A program made the translations under genes and the position numbers. The notes under the pieces were generated by a model, which worked only from the letters and a program-made list of their open reading frames with translations, made no database searches and was not told the origin of the DNA. Of a stretch of DNA of 64,000 bases, positions 14,201 through 26,674 are shown one piece after another (position 1 is the stretch's first letter; each line of letters opens with the position of its first letter). The stretch lies in the NCBI GenBank assembly GCA_026770705.1, contig JANJGN010000138.1:620001-684000 (forward strand), written 5' to 3'. This DNA is from Isurus oxyrinchus. Lineage: Eukaryota.

Positions 14201-15799
14201 TTCAATGCATAATACAGACTGCTCAAATAAAGTATGCTTCACCCATTCCATTTGCCCAGCTATATAATTATCTAAAATAAAGTGTACCTCCACAATGGAA
14301 AATTTTGCACTCCAACAATCTCCTCATCTTTTACGGGATACACTGTTTAAATTTAACTTCCGGCAGGGAAAATGTTTAGCATCTCCACAGCCCCGCTTAT
14401 TAACATTTGTTCCTGCAATGCTCCCCTTGAGATACAAATAACACTACCCAATATCAGTTCGTATTGACTATCCCCTGTGTCCCTTAATATATGAATATTT
14501 TGACCTGCTCCACGCTGCACAAATGTAAAAACTAACCCTACACATACAAAACGTTTAAACAGTTCTGCAATCAGGAATTCAGAGCTCCCCCGGGGTAAGT
14601 TGTTAACACACTCCTACTTCTTTATGCATCACTGATCCTTCCTGTTTTATCTGTACGCAAACCACTGTTTTTTTGTCCTTTGTTTTTCTTCCTGTGTCTG
14701 GACCACAAGAACCACGGTACACTTAATTCCAGGATTTTTCTGCATTCCAGTTATTGCAGCAGCTTTTCCCGTTAATCTCCAGTGCATTGTCTTCGTATGC
14801 CCAAATTTGTTACAATGAAGATACCACAGGTTCCATGGGCTGCTTTCATACTCAGAACCTTCCTTTTGTGTTATGTGACAAAACTCCCTAGGAATTCCCA
14901 AATACACCTTCTCTTCCCTTATTACTTGCATTCATTTCAGCTTCTGACTTTCTGTGTTTCCCTGATTTTATAAAACCTTACGAAATAAAGGCTTATATCT
15001 ATGAACTAACTGATAAACATCAGATATCTCTGTTGCTTGTTATAGTGCTTTAAGGCTTTGCTCTTTCACATGACTACTCCCGACTAATGGGACCGAATCT
15101 CAAAATTTTTCCGAAAGGATTATTTCTCTTAGAGACACCTGTTTTGTCTTTACTTTTAATGCACTTATCCACAGATCAAAATAACTTTGTTTTACGATCT
15201 CAAACACAATATAAGTTTGTTAAGAGCGTTTTTTTCTTGCGAAAGTTCTGCTTGTACCCCCCCAGGAACCAATTCTTCTGCACTCAAAAAAACCTGTTTT
15301 ACTGCAACGTAATCCAATTAAATTCTTCTGACAGTGAAGTACAAACACCATGAGGTCTACCCAGTACACATATTCTGTAAAAGAAACGCACAATGTTCTT
15401 GTGGCCTTTAAATATTCTTAGCTATCCTTTGACATAAACTCAAGAGCGCCTCTACATCCCCGTCCTCAAAATTCGGAAGATTTTGCACGAATTTGAACCT
15501 CTCCCCAGTGGGTTTTAGTTTGAAGTTTTTCTCATCATGGAAACATTCGTCAGCTCAGGTCTATGCTTTATAGTCCAGATGTTAAACTTGCATTCTCATT
15601 CTCCCTCCTTCTTCTTCTCCATTGCCCCCTTTTCTCTCTGAAGGTCGAATTTTCACATTTGCATTTATCTTTTAAATACACTTTATGTTTCTCTTTCTTT
15701 CTCTGCCCCTTCTTTTTATATTATCTTCAGTCCCAGCTTTATTTTAAAAATGAATTTCCATTGCTGGTTCAAATTTATAATTATTCATTCGTAACATAA

Positions 15800-16025
15800 G
15801 TCTGACTTTCTCCAGCTTTGACCAGCTCGTGTCATGTATGACTTCCAACTTGAAATGCTGGGCCATACCTCGGCAATTTTCCACATAGCCAGATGGATGC
15901 CGATGATGTAGCTCTACTAGAACAGCTTGGCTAGGGGTGCTGCAAGTCCTGTTGCACATGTAATCAGGACTGTTGTTGGAATATTGCCAGGCCCATAGAT
16001 TTTGCTCTATGCCATGCCTTCAAGA
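15800..16025 (-). mobile_element. Fragment of the Zenon-like LINE within the LTR element
   Basis: gcaattttccacatagcc..gaacagcttggctagg matches 8093-8155 and 24850-24915. Confidence 0.65.
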
Positions 16026-17859
16026 GTTTAACTTAAAATATACCTGTCTGCTTTGTTGCTACCTATAGCCTCAACAACAATGTATTCAACAATTCTGTTA
16101 ACTTGCACTTTGGTATCTTTTGTAACGCCATCACAATTATAGTTTCTACTCCCAGAAAAGTTTTACTTATGGATGCAGCCATTATGTGTAGTTTTATCTC
16201 ACTATAATCAGTCCCACAACTCCTGAATTCAATGTGCTTCTTGTAATCATACACTTTCTATTCACCAACTCCAAACCAATCAAGGACCTTCAAATATTCG
16301 GCAAAAAAATCCTAATATTTTATGAAGTGACTGAAGATGTGTAACCGCGGACCAAATCCACGATGGAATCTTGATCAAGCTATCAGAAATGAGTTACCAT
16401 TTATATTGACTGCAAGCTGTGTGCACTGAATTCAAAAGTAATGAATCCACAAAGAATTTTGAGATGTAGAAAAAATCAACCATTTCTAAGCAAGATACAA
16501 ATGATTTCAAGCATGCACGTCATAGGAAAAAATACTTTCCACGACAATAACTCGTCAAATTCCAGGATAGCATGACTCCCAAATGTACTTCATTTAAGGC
16601 AGCAGTCCAAAACAAAATTCTGAATTGAAATAGGAAACGCAAATTTACCCAACACCAACGGGACAGTGCAATTCAAAATTAATCTTCCCCGACTTCCATT
16701 TCGTTATATAGCAGACTTATGAAAAAATTCTGGAGATGTCATTACGTCTATTTCACTCAGTCCTGTTGGAATTTTCACCCACCACATAACCTTTCGTTCA
16801 CCTGTATTTATGTTCGGATCTTAGAAATATGTAGAATTCGTTGTTCCATATGTCTTTGAATTTCTATATTCCTCATAATATTAAAACATTTATATTGCCA
16901 ACATATATTTTCAGCAATGTCTGCAAAAATTAAACGCATGCACTTGCATTGATTACCTCGGTAATTTTAAACACACTAACATCCTTTTAAAATCATTTAA
17001 CCCTTAATTTATCTAAAAATGCAAATTCCCTTCATACCTTACATGCTAATGCAGCGTCAATGGTTACTCTTTAGTTATGAAGCAACTGCATCTTTTGATG
17101 TTTTAAAGCCTGTAACCTGTTTGATTACAAATGTAATTAATTAACACAGAAAACAATCTATATTTACCCGTATAAATGTACTTTACAATAAAGGAGAAAA
17201 GAATTGTGAAAAATATATAATTACATCGCAAAACAAATTGGGTATGAATGCCAAATCTACCGACCCAAGCAAGTCAATTTAATTCTGAATCAGATACTGA
17301 GAGATGCATTCTGATAAATGTCTGATAAAAGAACTGTTGGTTGAAAGCAAGCAAGGAAAATTAAAAAGGGAAGAGAGGACATGGCAATGTCACCGATAAA
17401 TTTCAAACATAACTGGCACATGCATTGCAATTACGAGAAAAAAAATAGTGGACGATTGTTGAAAACGAAGGGCCTGACAGACACTAAACAGGTGGCTAGT
17501 GCACAAAAATTAAAATGTAGACATGCATCGTAATGAAACATTTTAGAACAGACGAATGAGGACCCGAATGCAATATCCAACGTGGTGGGGGGAAGGGGGG
17601 GGGGAGGGGTGGATGAGACCTTAACAGCACTAACTGCCACCTAGCAGATATGGTAAAAACAAAACCATGTGGAGGTAAGAAGTGCACATAAATGCATGCG
17701 AAAAAGGACATCAAGGCAAATTAGAAATTCTTTCCAATCCATTCCTTTCAGAGGTTCCAGAATGGAGCAGTCGCATTCTTAGAGAAATCAAAGTGTGACA
17801 TCACACATTTATTCATTTTCAGAACTGATGTGCTTTGTGAGAAATTGCAAGGACACGAT

Positions 17860-20140
17860 AGTTGTAGTAATGTTTACAAATTTCATTGAAGCAGTGTTCA
17901 TTACTTACAAATTAATTAAGAAATTATTTATTATACAAATTAAGAAAGCATGGCAGGTTATATGTTGTGACTGCAGAATATGTGATTTTCTGGTAAACAG
18001 AGTGACCCAGGGCGTTATTGCCTGTACTGTCTGTCTAAATCTCGAGGCAATTGGACGCATTGTCAGTGACCTGGAGGTCGACCTGCAAACACTGATATGC
18101 TACATGGAAGGGAATATTTACTTGGATGGTGGGGCTTTCCAAACCCGTTGTAAAGGAGCCCGCCACAGGGAATATAGTGGAATATAGCGGTGGATGATCC
18201 GGCCTGCTGGTGGTGCAGGATAATCCTGCCTTATTTACAAGTAGTCAGTCACACAATTTGGGATAGCATCTTCTGATTGGATCAGTGGCAAGGGCAGGAG
18301 GACATGACTGCAAGTGATGCTGGTGTGATTACCAAGAAGGTTGAAGTGTTGGAGCCTCAGCTTTTCAATTGTCCAAGGGTTTCGATGCTCTTGCAGCCTA
18401 TATGGATGGGTATAGTGGATTCAGGATGGGGGAATAAATTGAGCATCATACACAAAGTTATTCAAGCGAGAACAGAAAAACATACAAACATTCTGAAGAT
18501 GAGCACAGGTTGGCCGTTCAGCGTATTGAGCCTGCTCTACAGTTCAATAAAATCATGGCTGATATGGTTTTGTTTCGATATCTACATTCTAAGCAATACC
18601 GACAATGTTTGATTTATTTTCTTAACACGGAGCCATCTACCTCTGCCATAGCAGGTACAATGAATTCGCTTCCACATGAGTCTGGGAGAAAGGAAATCTC
18701 CTCATCTCTGTCCAAAATAGTCGGTACAAAGATTAAAAAGTCCCCAAGTTCTGGATTCAATGACAAGTGGAATCATCTTTTCTACGTCGACATTTTCTCG
18801 ATGGTTCAGGATATCAAATTCTTCAAACAAGTCACCAATCACTCTTGAAATCTCCAGTAGAAACAGGCCCAGACTGTCGAGCATTTCCTCGTTTGAAAAC
18901 TCGCACATTCCAGGCATCAATCCAGTGACCCCCTTCTGAAACGTTACCAATTCATGTACATCCTTCCTGAAACAAGGAGACCAAATTTGCAAGCAATCCT
19001 TGAGGTGCGGTCTCACAAATGCCATATTGAACTGAGGAATAACATTACTGCTCCCATGCTGTATTCCTCTCATAACATGGCACATCATTCCATGAGCTCT
19101 CTTATTTAGTTGTTGTACCTGCATGCTAATCTCCTGCTACACAAGCATGAGAACACGTAGACTCCTCTGCACTCAGAATGCTGCAGCCGTACAACTTCGC
19201 ATTTTCCCACATGCGATGGTACACTGGTGTTGTCGCTGAGCCAATAATGCATAAAAAAGGAATATGCTCTGGGGACCAGTGTTCAAATTCCATCCATACC
19301 TGTGCTGCGATGGCGAGCGACATCCATCTCCCATGAATGAATATAAAACACTCTTTCTGCCATATTTTTGGCCAGTTACTCAACCTATATATAATCTGTC
19401 AAATTTAGGTACCACACCTTCACTCGCCACATCCATGTCATTGATGAGCACTGAAAAGGTTAAGGCTCCAGCATTAACGCCTGCTGCAATCCACTCGTCA
19501 CATCTGGTTTGTCAGAAAAAAAAACGAAAATTCGATGCATAATACTTTGTTTTTTCCGGGTAGAACAACCTAGTATGGAGACTAATCTGTTAACGCTACG
19601 CCATGAACTTATACTTTTCGTTATTTCCTTTGATGTGGCGTCTTAGATGAGGTAATGCGGAATTTGATGGACAGAGTGTGCCACGAATGGGGAAGGTCCA
19701 TTTCCTTATGATGAGGCTTGAAGTTACAAAAACATGAAATAAAAGCTCTGTGTCCGAATTCACAATGCGTTCATAAACAAACAAAAACATTGGCAGCACA
19801 AATAGACATAAACATCCATAATCTTACAGGCATTACAGAAAAATGGTAGCTGTATCTTTCGAGAAGTCTTTACCTGAAACTAGATGGCATGAGCGTTCTG
19901 CCAAGGCATATACTTTGGCCATTGGAAGGAGCTTTATATTAAATCGTGTGGGCAATGGGTCAGATTTTGGAAGTGTGATAAAACAAGTAGAGAAGCCAAG
20001 GCAAAATGACACGGTCGTGAGAAGGAAATGATGATCAGGACATGACGTTCATGAAAAAAACAGAGAATTGACATTAAAAATCGAATTCCATATGTGTGTT
20101 CTGGCAGCCATTACAGAGGCATGGCTGCAGGATGGCAAGG
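17860..20140 (+). mobile_element. Decayed CR1 5' portion (ORF1 zinc finger/zipper to APE start), interrupted by a minus-strand CR1
   Basis: CCDCRICDF..CTVCLNLE..VSDLEVDLQTL at 17950-18130; ctggcagccattacagaggcatggctg (AITE.WL, APE motif) at ~20100. Confidence 0.65.
18480..19720 (-). mobile_element. CR1 LINE 3' part
   Basis: VRPHLKDCLQIWSPCFRKD..LDSLGLFLLE..GDLFE (18702-19124) followed by a typical CR1 3' tail. Confidence 0.85.
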
Positions 20141-20738
20141 AAAAGGGGCTTAATATTTAATGTTACTTTGCAACTTGGAAGGCCAAGAAGCTTGGCAGAA
20201 TTGGATGGAGGCCCTGTAAATTAAGTAAAACGTTGATGCAACATGAATTATACATTTGCATGAATGGTAGGACCTGTGGAATAGAGGGCTTGGATGAGCT
20301 GCACACTCCTCCCATCCGATGCAAAATATATTCAATATGCACAAAGTTTGCTAATGACCATCAGTAGCAAAGGGCATCCCCCAACCTGAGCTAGCCTGGT
20401 CTCCTTGTCAGTCGAAACGCCTGGCAATGTGTTTCACTATTTACTGTCCCCTCGCAAGTCATTCGATTGAACTAAACTCCCACAGAATGGACTGTCGTGA
20501 TTCAGGAAGGCTGTTCATCAATAGTTTGTCAATGGCAATTAGAGATGGACAAACAATTGCTGAACCTGGCAACGATGACCTAGAAAGAATTCTAAAGAAA
20601 TTTAAGGAATCAGTAGGTGCTAATCTGTGGGAGGTTTCCTTGTTGTTGTTTGCAGTGGTTTTACGAGACTTCATGGGGTCCAAGATACAATTCTGTGTAC
20701 TCCAAAGCTAACTCCTTGTTTAATGCACGCCTGCTTTG

Positions 20739-20749
20739 GTGTGTGTGTG

Positions 20750-20781
<32 letters not shown>

Positions 20782-20784
20782 TGC

Positions 20785-20819
<35 letters not shown>
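20739..20819. repeat. Compound (GT)n-(GCGT)n-(GT)n microsatellite
   Basis: Directly visible. Confidence 0.97.
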
Positions 20820-20821
<2 letters not shown>

Positions 20822-21723
20822 TTTGTAGATCACGGTGGGGTCGTGGTGTTGTTGGCCCTGCTGGCGGAGCAGGACATGGCCTGCAATGGTTTCTAGAATA
20901 TTGCAACGATTCAGTGTGTATGACTATGTCAGCCTTTTGCTTGATCAGATTGTCTGATTGTTAAACCATTCATATTGTGGAAACATTCTCGTGAGTCTTT
21001 TTTGCATTCATGTCTTGGTAATATCATCCACGAACGAACATTGCAAGTCTGTAGAGATGGAGGGACATCACAGAACACGACAGGATTCGAATCATCTTGA
21101 TTTTAAAAAGGGTCCCAGTGTGTAATGTTAGCCTAGTGTAACTTCCATTTACGTTTGTGTACGAACACTGTCAGCAATCAAAGAGATTACTCACTACCAG
21201 CAATAATACAGTAGGTTCAGGAATATTAATAGCACAATAGCATCATACGCAATATAGTTAGAATAGGATCAGCATCAATAAAGCTAAATTTGGGTTGCTA
21301 ACAAAAACGTTAGTGTAGCGTTGGCGCCAATAACAGAAAGATCTAATTTTAAATATAGAGTGAATGATTACACTGTTCAAAATTTCTGTTGAGCATCCAC
21401 CCTCAAATGTTTAACCCAATGTCCAGGAGGAACTTGCACTCAAGAGATTTGCCCTGTGCACATTAAGCATTAACTCTGCGCCTGTAGTACATTCCATTTC
21501 GTGATTGTAAAGGATGGATGTTCATGAACTGAGATGTGGCATTTCCCAATTGCTGCTCCCGGGTGCGCTGAAGCAGAAAATCTACCAATAATTGTTCAGT
21601 GACTGTAAGTAAAACGATGTTTCATTTTTTCGTGCTGGGGCATCGAGTAACCAAAAAAAATGCGTTTGTTAATGAGTCTAACATGCGCTTCAGTTGGTTC
21701 AGAATTCACCTGTTCTTGATAAA

Positions 21724-21793
21724 ATTTTACAAGCGGCAATCCTCCTGATAAAGGACATGTTCTATCCTCTTCTCGCAACCTTTGGTGTTCCTG
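21724..21793 (+). pseudogene. Orphan first coding exon of a GPR139/142-like GPCR paralog
   Basis: Translates ILQAAILLIKDMFYPLLATFGVP, then phase-1 donor G|GTCAGT. Aligns codon for codon with the exon at 49670-49739 (MIELMILQVTNIYYPILAVFAIP), with ATT at the ATG position. No exon 2 recognised downstream. Confidence 0.7.
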
Positions 21794-23482
21794 GTCAGTC
21801 GGAGAATCCTGTTGATGAAAAATTGTTCGACTTCATGACAGTTTTGGCCGCTATAAGGTATTTTAATAACTTTCTGATTGCACCGTCATTATATAATCAA
21901 AGAGACGTTGGAGTAAACCACTAATACCAGCAGAACAGCAAATTAGGCGCGGGAGGCGAGGCTCTATGCATTTAATAAAATATGAGCGTCCTTGAAATTT
22001 ATTTCATTATCGCAGACTTCTCACTCGCTTTTAAAAATGAGCTGCTCATTAAACGCTATCTGGTTGTTTTCCGTTTAGAACCTTGCTAACTCTCCTTAAT
22101 ATGGAAATTACTCTGGCGACAGGTGAAGTTTTGGAAAATCATTGAAAGGTAATTTGTAAAACATAAGCTTCAAGAACCAATCATGCGGCTCCCAGAGCTT
22201 CCACTTGCTACAAAGCATCCCCAAAGAATCTCCCAGGTGCCTCAATGTCACCGGAAAATCCCTCTGCCACATTCTGGGATGTATTCCTGATTTAGCTTTG
22301 CCAAAGCGGAGCGTTAGGTGAAATAGCTGAAAGACTTTCTTTTGCACCTTCCGTCCAGGCAGCCTGTTTAAGCGTGAGGTGTTCAAAGTGCATTTATAAA
22401 TGATAACGACCAATATCTCATTCAATATTCTTTTCCGAATTGCTGTGTAATTCGTTACTGAAACTTTGCAGAGTGAGGAGAAATATAAGCAAAGCCTAAC
22501 GGGCCAGCGGCATCACGAGGCATGGGCAGTGTTGAATAACATTTGGCAGCTCTTTCCGGAAATATAAAGATTCAAATTAAATATTGGGCAGCTGAAAAAA
22601 AACAAATGGTAGGGGTGCAAAATTGGACCGGCGGGTCCACCTCTGATATTGCAGTCAGTGGAACTGAACATCAGGAAGTCCTGTGAAATGCCTCCAGATC
22701 CTCTACCGCTCCTCTGCAGCGGCCTGAGGCAAATTTGTAGCTAATTTTCGAGCTCCTACAATGAAAAGGAGCATAATGTACTGGGGCGTTAGTTTACAAT
22801 AGCAGATAAGAGATTGGGAAATGTGGCAAGGAAGACCTTGGCCTTTTAGACCCCCAGCGACTATTCCGCATTATTCTTGGATGATGTTTAATGCTCCCGT
22901 ACATTAGGTCATGCGAACACAAAGAAGAAAATAAATACTGTGGATAGTGCAGTAAATCTGAAACAAAAAGGACAGAATTCTGAAACAAAGTAGAAAATGC
23001 TGGAAATGGAAACAGGTCAAGCAGCAGATGGTGGGCAGGGGAGCAAGTCAGGAGGGGCATCAATATACATAAAAAGCGTGAGGTGTTCAAAGTGCATTTA
23101 TAAATGATAACGACCAATATCTCATTCAATATTCGTGAGACTACATGGTGAGATTATAGGCAAGTTAACAGGTCAGACAAGGAAGAAAAATAAAATACGT
23201 TTTGGGTTCTGATGAAATCTTACAGGCTTGGAGAGTTAACTCTGTTTCTCTTTCTACAGGCACCCCCTGACAGAAATTGCCTTTCCAGCATTTCTGCCAT
23301 GCCTTCAGTATCAAGTACCTATGTTTTGCAAGGTGTCCGCTGCCCTTCCTATATTCCTCTACAATTCTTGCTTATGACTAACAATAAATACGCCTCCCAC
23401 TGTGTTGTCCCTGTGCGCTTTACGTGATATTCTACTTTTCAGGCAATGTTTGATACTTCTGCCTTTGTGGTCAACATTTTAT

Positions 23483-24990
23483 TTTTTATTGAATCACGGG
23501 ATGTGTTATTCCTTCGCTGTGCCAGTACTTATTCTCCCACCTCGTTGCCTTTGAAAGGTGGTGGTGACTTGCATTCTTGAAACAGTGAGGTCCATGTGGT
23601 GAACGTACAGGCAGAGTGCTGTGAGGGAGGGAATTATAGAATTTTGAACCAGCGACAGTGATGGAAGAGTGCTTCTTTTCCAAGCAAGGATGTTGAGTGA
23701 CTTGAAGGGACACTTCCATGTGGTGTTGTTCCCGTTTAACTGCTGCACTTGTACTTGCAAATGTTAATATTTGTGTGTTTGGGAAGTGTTGTCGAAGGAG
23801 CCTTGGTTAATTCCTGTTGTGTATCTTATCGATGGCACACGCTGTTACGACTGTGTGTCCTTGGTGGGGGTGGAGGGACAGTGACTGTTTGCGTGTGTGA
23901 TGCTAATCAAGGGGAATGCTTTTTCCTGAATGGTGTCAAGCTCCCTGCCTGTTGTGGGTGCTGCACTCGCCCAGGCAAGTGGGGAGTGTTCCATCACACC
24001 CCTTATTTGTGCCTTGTAGACGATGCTTTGGAAGGCAAGAGGTGAGCTACTGGTAGCACGATTTCTATCCTTGGACCTGCTCTTGTTGCCACAGTATTTA
24101 CGTGGCAGGTCCGGTTCCAATCCTGGTCAATGTTGATAATGGAGGATTCAGTGATGGTAATGGCATTGAACATCAAGTCGCGATGTTTCCATTATCTCTT
24201 GTTGGAATTGAGCATTGCCTGCCACTCGTCAGCCCAAGCCGGAATGTTGTTCATGTTTTGCTGCATTTGGACGTGGATTACTTCAGTACCTGATGTGTCG
24301 AGAATGGTGCTGAACATTGTGCAATCATTGGCACCATCCCCACTTCTGACTTTACGATTCAAGGAAGATCTTTGAAGAAGCAATTTAAGAAGCTTGGTTC
24401 TAGGACACTATCCTAAGGAATTCCTGGGCTGATGACATGGAGCTGAGATGAGTGACCTCTAACAACCAGAAACATTTTCCTTTGTGTCTGGTAAGACTCC
24501 GACCAGAGGTCAGCTTTTCACATGATAACCATTGACTCCAATTTTGCCAGTGCTCCTTGACACCACACTCGGGCAAGTGCTGCCTTGTTGTCAAGGGCAC
24601 TGACACTCACCTCAGCTCAGGAGTTCTACTCTCTTGCTTGTTTTTGAAACAAGGGTGCAATGAGGCCAGGAGCTGCGTGGCCCAGGCGGAACCCTAACTG
24701 TGAGTCAGTGAGTAGGTTATTGCTAAACAATTTCTGCTTGATAGCACTGTTGATGACCATTCCCGTTGCTTTATTGATGACCAGTGTAGACTGGTTGGGG
24801 TCGTGATTAGCTGGGGTGGATTTGCCCTGCTTTTTGTGTCAAAGACATACCTGGGCAACCTTCCATATAGCTGCGTAGATTGCCGTGTTGTCGCTGTACT
24901 GGAACAGCTTTTCTAGACGTCTGACAATTTCTTGGGCACAAGAATTCAGTACTAATGCCAGAATATTTTGAAGGCACACAATGTTTCCAA
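23483..24990 (-). mobile_element. Second copy of the CR1-superfamily (Zenon-like) LINE, 3' part
   Basis: VYKAQIRGVMEHSPLAWASAAPTTGRELDTIQEKA (23845-24120); ANDCTMFSTI..MQQNMNNIPAWADEWQ (24192-24383). Confidence 0.85.
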
Positions 24991-25309
24991 AATGCTGTAA
25001 AACATTGCATTCAAGAACATCTCCCTCCTCCCCTCCTCCGCCAACCTTATTTCCACTCGTTTCAGGCTGTGGGTAATGTCTGAATCAATAACAAAATGTG
25101 CCGGGAAAACGCAGCAAGATAGATAGCATCTGTGGAGAGAAAGGCTTGGTTAACTTTTTGAGTCTTTGTGACTGCAGCTTCAATACTCAAAGGACGGAAA
25201 CATACATCAGACCATTTAACCTAATATCACTCATTGTGAAACTGCCAGAATGCATTTTTATGGATGAAGAAACAGGAAATGAAGGGAAGAAAACATAATT
25301 CAATCAGCC

Positions 25310-25820
25310 AGTGACAGCATGACAGGGAAATGTGAATGATGCATTTAGTAAAGCTCGATCAGGATGTAACAAAGAGGGTGGCTAATGGATTACTAGCAGA
25401 TGTAGAGCGTCTGGGCTCCCAAAACAGATTTTGTATGGTACCACATTAAAGCTTAATATATAAAAAGTAGGCAGTGAGGCGGTGAGGATGGGGAAGAGAT
25501 GATATGTTAGCAATGGAAATGGGCTGAACAACTAACAGATCACAAAGATAAATGGACCAATTTCAGGATCACAAATTGCACATACTGGAGGGCCACGGGA
25601 ATACCTGCAGGGTCTTCACTATTTACGATTGGTCTTAATCAATTCGATGAAGGATCAGACTTGGTTCGAGCTAAATTCGTTAACATACAAAGGTAGATAG
25701 GTTATTAAGTTGTGGGGACGATGCAACGGGTCTGAAAAGGGGTTTTAATCGCTTCATTGCGTTGGGAAACAATTGACAGATTAAAGACAACATGCAGAAT
25801 TCCGAGGTCGTTCAGACTGT
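25310..25820 (+). mobile_element. Old CR1 RT fragment
   Basis: Degenerate matches to the SQHG, GVPQG and AKF.DTK regions of CR1 RT. Confidence 0.55.
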
Positions 25821-25859
25821 CAGGAAGAGAAGAAAAGAAGACGATATAAATGGATACCA

Positions 25860-26075
25860 AAAGAATAAGTGCTGGAAAAAGTCAACACTACTGACATCAA
25901 CTGTGAAGTGAACGGCAGAGCTAACGTTTCAGCTCCATATGACTCTTCCTCAGAACGTTCTGAGTAAGTCATATGGTGTCTAAAAGTTAACTCTGCCTTT
26001 CTCTCCATAGATGCTGTCAGAAATGCTGAGTTTTTTCACCACTGATTGTTTTTGTTTCATATTTCCAGCCTCTGT
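25860..26075. repeat. Fold-back element made of two inverted Penelope-type terminal repeat halves
   Basis: Imperfect palindrome centred on cagaac|gttctg (25951-25962): ggcagagctaac..catatgact on the left, agtcatatg..gttaactctgcc on the right. Confidence 0.7.
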
Positions 26076-26601
26076 ACTGTTTTTCCTTTATCTTACGATC
26101 ATTGCTTCCCGCTCAGCGCTGCACCTAGACCAACTGAACATTTGTGTAGCATTTCTATCTTACTCCGCTATTTTTGTGATTCTCACAATTTGGAACGTTT
26201 CCGCCAATGAGCTTTCTTGCTTTAAAAGGGTTAACATCACAATTTCCAACAACAAACATCATATGGAATTGTTTACCCATTCGCAAGATCCATCTCTGAG
26301 GGTTTTGATCTTCCCTCTCCAATTCCTACAATTCAACACACCGCCGAAGTAAACACAATCAGCAAGGGTCAGTGCAAATAGTCGGAAACAACAATCCTCA
26401 CCTCCCAAGCCACGGGTTAGGAGCAAACAGTTGGAGTAAATTAGGTGATTTGATAAACGAAGCCAAAGGGACGCTGCTGATCTGCCTATAAAGGAAATGT
26501 GCTGTCGAGGATGGATTAGCAAACAAGGGAATGAAAGCAAAAAGTGGTTGCAATGCCTCATGTCAGGTGGCGAAGGCAGCTATTGGAAGAATGATTATTC
26601 C

Positions 26602-26674
26602 AGTTGGATGTCTCAATCGGTAAAACTTAACATATGTAATATGCTGGTCTACTGTTCGAGTCCAGGTTTGGACA
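26602..26674 (+). pseudogene. tRNA-Lys(TTT)-derived pseudogene
   Basis: Gapless alignment by eye (~60-65% identity) to the vertebrate tRNA-Lys-TTT consensus GCCCGGATAGCTCAGTCGGTAGAGC..GGTTCAAGTCCCTGTTCGGGCG; flanks homologous to the other Lys copies. Confidence 0.6.

Larger units (their letters stand above)
10470..17230 (-). mobile_element. Degraded Gmr1-like Ty3/Gypsy LTR retrotransposon with both LTRs (5' LTR ~16320-17230, truncated 3' LTR ~10470-10840)
   Basis: Minus strand: gag FKFVQNLPNFEDGDVEA (~15420-15510); CCHC-knuckle remnant HCNKFGH (14647-14931); integrase GQLPKAKSGNLFLLTIMD and PFELVYGQEV (13017-13571); LSEINY.ISTP..VCHANMLK (~12780-12850); RT DYFKLNVVTKVDFYPIP and MPFGMKNAPASFQ (~12050-12350). 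10480-10800 and 16330-16640 are homologous direct repeats. Confidence 0.88.

Noticed and set aside
20617-20964. Cys/Val-rich and His/Thr-rich ORFs (also 50986-51462)
   Set aside because: They are translations of microsatellites.
22060-22200. Candidate exon 2 for the + strand GPCR after ttttccgtttag
   Set aside because: Translation lacks the expected N-L-x-T-I-x-I-L-S-R-G-N-C-G-L motif and the region looks like a non-autonomous repeat.
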